Source: Victivallales bacterium
GTDB lineage: Bacteria; Verrucomicrobiota; Lentisphaeria; Oligosphaerales; Oligosphaeraceae
Assembly: GCA_017458805.1 (NCBI GenBank)
Contig: JAFTAC010000355.1
Location: 1-32,285 of the forward strand
Length of the DNA: 32,285 nt
Direction of reading: 5' to 3'
Below the pieces are notes generated by a model. That model was not told the DNA's origin and ran no database searches. It was given only the letters and a program-made list of their open reading frames with translations. The first letter of the stretch is position 1. Each line of letters begins with the position of its first letter. Positions 16,743-24,707 of this stretch are shown here, piece after piece. A program made the translations under genes and the position numbers.

Positions 16743-16807
16743 AATGGGACAAAGGGGACGGGGGACGGAGGAGGTAAGACCGTCCCTTCCGTTCCTTCCG
16801 TCCCATT
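16743..16807. repeat. 65-nt imperfect purine/pyrimidine hairpin built from ggacgg / ccgtcc-type repeats
   Basis: A perfect 8-bp outer stem, aatgggac (16743-16750) / gtcccatt (16800-16807), encloses a G/A-rich 5' arm and a C/T-rich 3' arm. The two arms can pair with G-U wobble. No U-run follows. Confidence 0.65.
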
Positions 16808-16822
16808 AACAGCCCACCGACC

Positions 16823-19009
16823 ATGAAAACAATCCTGCCCTTGATATTTGCCCTTCTTCTTTCCGCCTGGGCGCAGTTGGACACGGCGATGCCGTCGCGC
16901 CCCTGGTTTGACCATGTGCGCATGCCTGTTGAAATGAGCCATCAGGAGCTGTGCGCACTGACCAATTCCATCCGCACGGCATTGAAAGGGAAGGCGGATG
17001 CAAAGCAGATTGGGGCGTTGGCTCCAGAGGACAATCGCGCACGTGTCGTCTTTGTCACCGTTGGCGGCGGCAGTTGGCCAGGCAGGACCTATTTTGGCAC
17101 GGGACGCAGTTTCCGCATCGCCTTGACAAGCGCCATTGAAATCATGCTTTCCAACGAGCCAGTGTTTGCGTCGGAGACCGTCAAGCTGGCGGATGCGACC
17201 ATCGGCGACATGCAGAAAGTAGGGCAGCAGCCACCGCCCGAATGGCTGGAGCGCAAGGCGAATCCGACCCAGTGGAACTGGCTGCGTTTGGATGTGGTGC
17301 AGGCGGCAAAGCCCACTTTCGGTTTCTCTGTTGGTCATTCGCGCATTGCGCTGGGCTGTCTGGTCGGCTTTGCGTTCGGACCCGACTTGGGCTTTGCCTT
17401 CTCTCCCAGCCAGGTCATGGCACGCAACATCTTGGATGAGACGGGGCACATCAACACACAGCAGGTGGGAAACCTTATCTCCGAAGGCTACAACTGGCCT
17501 GCGCTCAAGATGTGGATGAAACTGTGCGCGGTGGATGCAGGCCACCGCATCTGCCTCTTCGAGACCGATACCTACTACAGCGACGACGCTGGCACCGTAA
17601 GGCTCTACCGCGGCCATCTGCTGCCTGACGCCCCACCCACGCCTGAATTCTGCCTGGAGGCGGCCTCGCGCTGTGCCAACCGCATTGGCGAACGTCTCAC
17701 TACGAATGGCGTCTTTCCGCCACCCATCCCCGAGTGGTTGCCGAGCTATAGGGAGCAGAATATGACCAAGAGCGAGCGGAAGAAGCGTGCCAAGGCGGAA
17801 AAGGCACTTGGTGTACGTGGCGATGAATCGCTGGAAGTCAAGGCCGAACTTGCCATCGCGCTTGCACGCCTTGCCCGTGCCACTGGCAAGCCTGCCTACA
17901 ATGTAACCGCCAGCAGGCTGCTTAAGCCTATCCTTGCCGCTGTGAAGAAGAGCCGCGATGGCCGCTGGGCTGTCGTGGAGGATGAGGAACTACCCGAATC
18001 CACTCTCCAGCTCCCAGAAAAGGTGGCTCTTCTTTCAACCAACGCCCTCACCTGTCTTGCCCTGCTGGAACTGAAGCAGAACGGCGAACAGGCCACCGAG
18101 CAGCAGGAGGCCCTGATTGGCGCACTTGCCGTCTATCTTGCAAACCAGCTGGAGACGGGGTGCGACTTCGTCTATGCGCGCTACTGGAAAACAGGCAAGA
18201 ACGCCCTGGATGAAAATGGCGAGATGTTTGCAAACGTGGAGGAGACTTCGCTTGCACTTCTGGCCCTTAACAAGGCGGCTGAGGCTCTTGGAAAGCCAGA
18301 GTTGAAGAAGACAGAGGCGCTGAATCTGCTGATGGAGTTGAAGCTGGTCAAGCCACAGCTGGAGAACGTCAATACCAGCCCCTGGTTCGCCGAGGCTCTT
18401 GCCAGCTGCGACAGGACGGACAAGGCGTTCACCCTTTCTTTGCGCAAACTCGGCTTTGCCGTGAGCACCGCCACAGACACCACTCCCCTCTACCCTGATT
18501 ATTACGGCAGCGTCAAACGCCGCCCCAGTTGTACGAGTGCCGCAGAGCGCAGCTGGCTGCTGGCCGTCTTGTCGCAGAAGCTGCGCAGTTACGACAAGCC
18601 GATGCTGGCACAGGAGCAGTTGCAGGAGGCATTGCCTATCCTGATGTTCCAGATGCAGGCCGCCATCGACGTGCCTTCTTCGTCGCTTCTCCCCAGCCCT
18701 TCTGCATACGTTTCGTATTTCCGTGACAACCTTGAAAACTACTATTTCACGATGCCTGGCCAGGTGGCGCAAATCCTTTCGATTGTGGCTGTTTCGCAGG
18801 AACTGAAGGCAACGCCAGCCGTTACTGGGTCCAAGTTTATTCCGCAACTTATGGCCTCCCGTCGGGAGACTGACGTGCATCCAGGACCCGTCACCATCGA
18901 CCTGGTGCTGACGCTTGACAACGACCCTGACGCCAAGGCCCGCGACCTGATGGGCGGTTTCTCCAAGCCCCGCCAGGTGCGCCGTCGCAGTAAGTTGAAG
19001 GGAAAATAA
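16823..19009 (+). CDS. hypothetical secreted protein (728 aa), no family recognised
   Basis: It is a long ORF with a signal peptide (MKTILPLIFALLLSAWAQ) and host-like codon usage. The C-terminal half is helical-repeat-like. Confidence 0.7.
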   Translation: MKTILPLIFALLLSAWAQLDTAMPSRPWFDHVRMPVEMSHQELCALTNSIRTALKGKADAKQIGALAPEDNRARVVFVTVGGGSWPGRTYFGTGRSFRIALTSAIEIMLSNEPVFASETVKLADATIGDMQKVGQQPPPEWLERKANPTQWNWLRLDVVQAAKPTFGFSVGHSRIALGCLVGFAFGPDLGFAFSPSQVMARNILDETGHINTQQVGNLISEGYNWPALKMWMKLCAVDAGHRICLFETDTYYSDDAGTVRLYRGHLLPDAPPTPEFCLEAASRCANRIGERLTTNGVFPPPIPEWLPSYREQNMTKSERKKRAKAEKALGVRGDESLEVKAELAIALARLARATGKPAYNVTASRLLKPILAAVKKSRDGRWAVVEDEELPESTLQLPEKVALLSTNALTCLALLELKQNGEQATEQQEALIGALAVYLANQLETGCDFVYARYWKTGKNALDENGEMFANVEETSLALLALNKAAEALGKPELKKTEALNLLMELKLVKPQLENVNTSPWFAEALASCDRTDKAFTLSLRKLGFAVSTATDTTPLYPDYYGSVKRRPSCTSAAERSWLLAVLSQKLRSYDKPMLAQEQLQEALPILMFQMQAAIDVPSSSLLPSPSAYVSYFRDNLENYYFTMPGQVAQILSIVAVSQELKATPAVTGSKFIPQLMASRRETDVHPGPVTIDLVLTLDNDPDAKARDLMGGFSKPRQVRRRSKLKGK

Positions 19010-19014
19010 CCACT

Positions 19015-20277
19015 ATGCCAGAATACCTTATCGTCCATGCCTGTGTCATCGATCCTCTGAACGACTATGTGGGGGTGCGGGATCTTGCCATCAAGGACGG
19101 CGTTTTTGTCCGTCCCGAAGAGCTGCGTTCGCCAGAGCGTCTGGATATGAAGGGGCTTGTGGTCTGCCCTGGCTTCACCGATGTGCATGTGCATTTGCGT
19201 GACCCAGGCCAGACCTACAAGGAGGATTTGCAGAGCGGTACCGCAGCAGCGGCGGCGGGCGGCTTCACCTCCATCCTCGCCATGCCAAACACTGTTCCTG
19301 CCATGGATTCCCCCGAGATGGTGCGCGATATCCACAGGCGTGCTGTTGATGCGCCTGTCCACGTCTATCAGGCGGCGTGCTTCACGAAAGGTCGACTGGG
19401 GCAGGAGCTGTCACCGATGGAAGAGCTGGCCGCCGCTGGCACTCCCGCCTTCTCCGATGACGGCAGCACCACGCAGAGCAATGCGTTGATGGAAGAGGCG
19501 ATGGCTCGTGCCGCCGCGCTGGGATTGCCCGTCATCGACCACTGCGAGGACACGTCTATTTCCAAGCCAGGTGTCATGCACCGTGGCTTTGTCTCCATGG
19601 AGATGGGGCTGCCTGGGCAACCGCGTGTCGCCGAAGAGATCATTGTGGAGCGGGATATACGCTTGTCGCGCAAAACAGGGTGCCACGTCCACTTGCAGCA
19701 CTTGAGCTCTGGCGGTTCCGTCAAGATGCTTCGCGAGGCAAAGAAACAGGGTGTGAAGGTGACTGGCGAGGCTACGCCGCACCATCTTTTCCTGACCGAT
19801 GAGGCCTGCCGCAAGTACGGCACCAACGCAAAAATGGCACCGCCTCTGCGCGAAGAGGTTGACCGCCAGGCGCTTATTTCAGCACTTCAGGACGGCACCA
19901 TCGAACTTATCGCCACCGATCATGCACCACACACCGCTGAGGAGAAGGCTCGTGACTGGGCTTCGGCACCCTTTGGAATTGTCGGCATTGAGACAGTTGT
20001 TCCGCTGTGCATCTCGCGCCTGTATCATCCAGGGCTGCTGTCGCTTATGCAGCTGGTTTCACTCTTCACCATCGGCCCTCGCCGTCTCCTCAACCTCCCC
20101 ATCGGCAGCCTGAACATCGGTGAACCTGCGGATTTGACGGTCCTCGACCTTGAGAAGAACCACACCATCGACACGTCCAAGTTCCGCTCACGCGGCCAGA
20201 ACTGCCCCTACAACGGCTGGGAATGCACAGGCGCAGTCCACAGCACCTTCCTTGCGGGCAAGCATATTGGAGGGTGA
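19015..20277 (+). CDS. pyrC: dihydroorotase
   Basis: It has PGFTDVHVHLRDPG and IATDHAPH, with a typical length of ~420 aa. Confidence 0.92.
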   Translation: MPEYLIVHACVIDPLNDYVGVRDLAIKDGVFVRPEELRSPERLDMKGLVVCPGFTDVHVHLRDPGQTYKEDLQSGTAAAAAGGFTSILAMPNTVPAMDSPEMVRDIHRRAVDAPVHVYQAACFTKGRLGQELSPMEELAAAGTPAFSDDGSTTQSNALMEEAMARAAALGLPVIDHCEDTSISKPGVMHRGFVSMEMGLPGQPRVAEEIIVERDIRLSRKTGCHVHLQHLSSGGSVKMLREAKKQGVKVTGEATPHHLFLTDEACRKYGTNAKMAPPLREEVDRQALISALQDGTIELIATDHAPHTAEEKARDWASAPFGIVGIETVVPLCISRLYHPGLLSLMQLVSLFTIGPRRLLNLPIGSLNIGEPADLTVLDLEKNHTIDTSKFRSRGQNCPYNGWECTGAVHSTFLAGKHIGG

Positions 20278-20280
20278 AGC

Positions 20281-20751
20281 ATGGAAGACCGCTTCATCTA
20301 TCATGGTAGTCAGCAGAGGGTTGAAAAGCCAGAAATTCGTGTCAGTAGATTTGGCAAGGATTTCGGTGTTGGGTTTTATTGCACGATTATAAAGGCGCAG
20401 GCCATCCGATGGGCGACACGCTTTCCTGTTACGGGCTTTGTCAGCGAGTTCGCCTACACACAGAATCCTGCCCTGAAGATGAAGTTCTTTGAGACAATGA
20501 CCGAAGAGTGGCTTGACTTCATTGCCGATTGCCGCCATGGCAAACCTCATGATTATGACATCGTGGAAGGACCAATGGCCAATGACACCATTTTCAATTA
20601 TGTTGAAGATTTCATTAACGGCAACATCTCGCGCGAGGCTTTTTGGGCTTTGGCCAAGTTCAAAAGGCCGACGCATCAAATATGCTTTCATACGACAGAA
20701 GCACTTGCCACGCTGACATTCAGAGGATGTGAAACGTATGATACCGTTTGA
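20281..20751 (+). CDS. DUF3990-like protein, copy 1 (PARP/ART-like YHGS...GFYCT signature)
   Basis: ATG lies 3 nt after the pyrC stop, with an SD (ggaggg). Motifs are IYHGS, DFGVGFYCT, IRWATR and YDIVEGPMAND. The family name is from memory. Confidence 0.75.
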   Translation: MEDRFIYHGSQQRVEKPEIRVSRFGKDFGVGFYCTIIKAQAIRWATRFPVTGFVSEFAYTQNPALKMKFFETMTEEWLDFIADCRHGKPHDYDIVEGPMANDTIFNYVEDFINGNISREAFWALAKFKRPTHQICFHTTEALATLTFRGCETYDTV

Positions 20752-21199
20752 TTACGATTTATTCTTCACGTGCAGTCTTCTGGAACTTATGGCTCGGAAA
20801 ACCCTCCAGAAGCGCGGGGCTTTGGTGACACTGCTTGGCAAGAAGATTGTCGCTCATATCTACTCCCATGCTGATGTCCTGCATTGCGAGCCAATTGAGA
20901 AGACAGCGGAGACATTCATTGAGATGTGCAATGTTCCGCAAGGAGATTTCGACAATATCAGCTCATGCAAGTTCACGGTGCCCACGTACTGGGACATTGG
21001 TAAGGTCTATACCCGCCTGATACAGGATGTCAACGACGGCGACCTTATCGATACACTTTTCACGGTCTATACCTCCATCACCAGCGACCTTATCTGCAAT
21101 TTCAACAGTGCCTTTTACTATCAGTCGCGCGATGCAATCAAGTTCTATTATTATGAATTTGCAGGACCCAAACAAACGTCAACGGCTTCGGGGAGGTAA
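20738..21199 (+). CDS. DUF3791-like partner protein, apparent two-domain fusion
   Basis: ATG 20738 overlaps the upstream ORF by 14 nt (the alternative start is GTG 20729). By eye, the N-terminal half aligns to ORF 21921 and the C-terminal half to ORF 21673. Confidence 0.6.
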   Translation: MIPFDYDLFFTCSLLELMARKTLQKRGALVTLLGKKIVAHIYSHADVLHCEPIEKTAETFIEMCNVPQGDFDNISSCKFTVPTYWDIGKVYTRLIQDVNDGDLIDTLFTVYTSITSDLICNFNSAFYYQSRDAIKFYYYEFAGPKQTSTASGR

Positions 21200-21202
21200 A
21201 TA

Positions 21203-21676
21203 ATGTTGTTATATCATGGAAGTTACATGGTGGTTGATGCCCCGAGGCTGATTATTCCGCAGCGTCTGTTAGATTTTGGTCCAGGTTTTTACTTGACGAG
21301 CGACTTCGAGCAGGCTCGGAAATGGGCGACCCGTACCAAGATTATTCGCAATTCGGGAACGTCTGCAGTCTCCGTATTTGATTTTGACGAACAAGAGTTG
21401 GCACGCCTTGAGGTTTTGACTTTCAGCTCGCCTAATCGTGAATGGCTTCGTTTTGTTGTTGCCAATCGTACTGGTAAGCTCACGCCACAATACGATATTG
21501 TTCATGGTCCTGTGGCAAATGACCAGACGGTGCGTACAATCAATGACTTCCAAAACGGTTATTTCTCCGAAGAGATTGCTCTTCAGCTTTTGTTGCCTCA
21601 AAAGCTGAAGGACCAATTTGCGTTCAAAACAGAAAAAGCTTTGCAATGCTTGCATTTCAAGGAGGCTCTTGCATGA
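21203..21676 (+). CDS. DUF3990-like protein, copy 2
   Basis: ATG lies 3 nt after TAA 21197-21199, with an SD (gggagg). Motifs are LYHGS, DFGPGFYLT, RKWATR and YDIVHGPVAND. Confidence 0.75.
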   Translation: MLLYHGSYMVVDAPRLIIPQRLLDFGPGFYLTSDFEQARKWATRTKIIRNSGTSAVSVFDFDEQELARLEVLTFSSPNREWLRFVVANRTGKLTPQYDIVHGPVANDQTVRTINDFQNGYFSEEIALQLLLPQKLKDQFAFKTEKALQCLHFKEALA

Positions 21677-21918
21677 ATCGTCCTGCACCTGAAATCATCG
21701 ACTTCCTCGACTGTGAAGTTACCAAGATGATAGCGGAGAAGTATGGCTATGAGCCGATGGAAGCTCTGCGACAGTTCGTATATTCCGCAACGCATGAACT
21801 GTTGGAGAATGCGGACATGGGGTTGCATTTGTACAGCGCGGGGGTTATCTTTGATCTCTGGGAAGCGGAGAAGGTGACGGGTGATCCGCGCAGGTCCATT
21901 TACATCAGGGAGGGGTGA
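21673..21918 (+). CDS. small helical partner protein (DUF3791-like)
   Basis: There is an ATGA start/stop overlap at 21673-21676 and an SD (aaggagg) at 21658-21664. The protein is 81 aa. Confidence 0.6.
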   Translation: MNRPAPEIIDFLDCEVTKMIAEKYGYEPMEALRQFVYSATHELLENADMGLHLYSAGVIFDLWEAEKVTGDPRRSIYIREG

Positions 21919-21920
21919 AT

Positions 21921-22145
21921 ATGTCCGAGGAAATGAAGTTTTTCATCTATCTTCTGGAGCAGTATGCGGCATATCGCAATATGAAAACGGGCGATGTCTT
22001 GCGCGAATGGGATCAGAAGCAACTTACAAAGCGGATTTACGACAGCTATTGGGGGTATCACACAGAGCGGCTTGAAAACGCATTCACCGACATCGACAGT
22101 TTGCTTGAAACTGGCAAGTCCGCATGGATCGCACCACATGCGTGA
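21921..22145 (+). CDS. DUF3791-like small protein
   Basis: ATG 21921 follows TGA 21916-21918, and an SD (agggagggg) is present. The alternative start is GTG 21915. The pattern FFIYLLEQYA...IYDSYWGYHTERLE resembles DUF3791 from memory. Confidence 0.65.
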   Translation: MSEEMKFFIYLLEQYAAYRNMKTGDVLREWDQKQLTKRIYDSYWGYHTERLENAFTDIDSLLETGKSAWIAPHA

Positions 22146-22167
22146 CAACATCAATAGTAGGCTGTTT

Positions 22168-23301
22168 TCAACAAGTTACAAGACTTGCCATTACAGTTGT
22201 ACGCATACTGCCTTTTTCAGCGAACAAGGCGCTGTCCGTCACCACGGCGGCGTTTTCGCCAAACGGTGCGCAATGGAAATTGCCGTATCTTGCCTCAATG
22301 CCATTGTGGTTTTGTTGCGGGAAAACCACTTTTTCGCTGTCCCGTAGAAGAGATGCGTTCTCAACATTAGCCTCTGCAATAAAGAGCGGTGCGCGGAAAC
22401 GCATGATGTGCGTATTGCTTCCGTTGTTTCGCGTATAGACGAGAAACACCTTATTGCCGAGGCGTATCCAATGCTGCTGCGTGGAGTCGGTTTCAATCGG
22501 ACTACCGTCATCCCAACGCCATGGGCGTATGTCGCGCCACGAAAGGCCATCCACGCTAACCGCACGGTACATATTGCCGTCTTCCGCACGCAATGTCAGC
22601 GCAAACGTCGAATCCGCAAGGCGTATGGCCGATGGTTCTACGCAGCCGCGTAGAACGGGCAGCTCCAGCAGGTCGCTTTGCGCTTCCAAAACCAACTGCG
22701 ACGCCTCAATGCGATAGATTGCCGTCATGGATGCAAAGCGAGGAGAGGTATATCCATGGAAATCGCAGGTCTTGCCACTGTCCAAATAAATCGGCAGGAG
22801 TATGCGATCATTCTCCAGTAGTACTGCCTGCGTGCAAGCTGTGCGATAGGAACGCGTTATGCCATTGAGTTCCAAAACGCCATAACCACTCCACGTTCCC
22901 GTGTCAGGCGACCATAAACTATAGACTGCCTTGCCAGACGGCGGCTTTGCCGTCTGGCCTTTGTCCCAAAAGGCATTGCCTTTTGCTGTGTAGTGACTTG
23001 TGCAGCCAAACACGGCAACCCGTCCATCCTGCAACGTGAATGGCCGCACATCGGCGACTCCCTCTGTAAATGGCGTGCTCTCAAGAGTTCTGCACTTGAA
23101 GGCAGGAATCTCTTCTGGCACCGACCATTCTTCCTCTAGGCCGTTGCACAGGGCGTACATCGGCGCTCCATAATGGTCGGAGCCGTTGATTTCCTGCATG
23201 GAGGCAAAGACCCTCCCGTCATGCAGAAGTGTGGTCGAAGGATGGAACCAGGCAGTTTGACTCGTTCCAAAGTTATTGATTTTAAGTGACTTGAGTATCA
23301 T
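22168..23301 (-). CDS. BNR/Asp-box (sialidase-fold-like) protein, no signal peptide
   Basis: It has one Asp-box-like SVDGLSW and beta-rich composition. ATG 23301 lies 1 nt after the upstream ATPase stop. Confidence 0.45.
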   Translation of the reverse strand: MILKSLKINNFGTSQTAWFHPSTTLLHDGRVFASMQEINGSDHYGAPMYALCNGLEEEWSVPEEIPAFKCRTLESTPFTEGVADVRPFTLQDGRVAVFGCTSHYTAKGNAFWDKGQTAKPPSGKAVYSLWSPDTGTWSGYGVLELNGITRSYRTACTQAVLLENDRILLPIYLDSGKTCDFHGYTSPRFASMTAIYRIEASQLVLEAQSDLLELPVLRGCVEPSAIRLADSTFALTLRAEDGNMYRAVSVDGLSWRDIRPWRWDDGSPIETDSTQQHWIRLGNKVFLVYTRNNGSNTHIMRFRAPLFIAEANVENASLLRDSEKVVFPQQNHNGIEARYGNFHCAPFGENAAVVTDSALFAEKGSMRTTVMASLVTC

Positions 23302-23302
23302 A

Positions 23303-24640
23303 CTAATTTGAGGAGTTTTTCAGGAATCTCCTTAGCAGAAACGCGCAGAAGTATGGGAATGTCGTGATGGTTTCTGTTTGACCGAGGTTTCCATTGATGA
23401 ACTTGATGCCGTGGCGGATGTCAGGATAGTGGTCAGAGGCTATCAGATTGCGCAGGGATTTTGAGATGGAGTTTCCGCCTTTTACTTCAATGGGAAGCAG
23501 CTCACTTGCTGTCCTCACGAAGAAATCCTGTTCGAGCGAGCCGTCTTCGCGGCGGTAGTAATAGAGGTCATAGCCAGACTTGGAAAGCGCTTCTGCTACG
23601 ATGTTTTCGTAGATCGCCCCCTTATAGACGCCGAGATTGTTGTTAATGCGCAAATCATCGCCAGCCTCGTCGTCAAGCATGGCAACCAACAGGCCCGTAT
23701 CAGGAACATAGAGCTTGAACTTCTGCATATCGGCATTGCCTTTCAGCGGCAGTTCGGGAAAGTTGAGGCAGTGGCAGATGGAGGCGACGCCTGCGTCCAG
23801 CAGCCATTCAACGCATCCAAAATACTCCCTTGAACGGGCTCCCGGTGCTATCTTGCTGTATTGGAACTTCTTGTTTTCTTTGGCAAGCTGCGGCGCAATC
23901 TGATTGAACACCGCCTGAATCTTGGTTTTGTCCAGGCTTTCCGCATATTTGCGGATGTCCGCCTGGTAATCCTGCAGGATCTGCCGTTGAATATCCAGCG
24001 TCCGTTCAAATGTGTGCCGCGTAACATAATCACGCAGAACAGCGGGCATTCCGCCAAGCAGAATATAATCCATGAATAGGTTTGAAAACAGCTTCAGTTC
24101 CCCAGGCGTGAATGGCTTGAGAGATTGCATTTGCTCAAATATCTCATCAGCAATGTCTTCTTGATACCCAAGAGCCCAGAGGTACTCCTCGAAGTCAAAG
24201 GAACGCATGAGGTAGTCTGTTTTGTAGCCGACACTTTGCGATGCAATCCGCTTGTACTGAATGCCAAGCAGCGACCCGCTGCAGATGACATCAAAACGCC
24301 CGTCCTGCTTGAAGAACTTCAACGATGTCGTGATGTCGGGAAACTCCTGCACCTCATCGAAGAATATCAAGGTATGGCCAGCCTCAAAGCGAAATTGCGG
24401 GGTCACTTTGGACATCAGCTTGACGATGCTTGAAGCACTATATCCCTCTTCAATAATGGTTTTGAACTTCGGCTCTTCAACAAAATTGACCTCAAGAAAA
24501 CGGCGATAATTCTCCTTGGCGAAAGACCGTATGGTCTCCGTCTTCCCAACCTGGCGCGCTCCACGTACAATCAGCGGCAGACGCTCCTCCGACTGCCGCC
24601 ATTCCCGCAGAAAACCATCTGTTTTTCGTTTCAAATACAT
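23303..24640 (-). CDS. AAA-type ATPase with DUF4143-like C-terminal domain
   Basis: Walker A is GARQVGKT and Walker B is LIFFDEVQ. Length and layout are typical of this widespread ATPase family. Confidence 0.8.
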   Translation of the reverse strand: MYLKRKTDGFLREWRQSEERLPLIVRGARQVGKTETIRSFAKENYRRFLEVNFVEEPKFKTIIEEGYSASSIVKLMSKVTPQFRFEAGHTLIFFDEVQEFPDITTSLKFFKQDGRFDVICSGSLLGIQYKRIASQSVGYKTDYLMRSFDFEEYLWALGYQEDIADEIFEQMQSLKPFTPGELKLFSNLFMDYILLGGMPAVLRDYVTRHTFERTLDIQRQILQDYQADIRKYAESLDKTKIQAVFNQIAPQLAKENKKFQYSKIAPGARSREYFGCVEWLLDAGVASICHCLNFPELPLKGNADMQKFKLYVPDTGLLVAMLDDEAGDDLRINNNLGVYKGAIYENIVAEALSKSGYDLYYYRREDGSLEQDFFVRTASELLPIEVKGGNSISKSLRNLIASDHYPDIRHGIKFINGNLGQTETITTFPYFCAFLLRRFLKNSSN

Positions 24641-24707
24641 CTTGCATCCTATTGTTTTCTTGTTCAGATATTATTACAATATACGTATAGGATGTTTTTT
24701 CAAGTAT

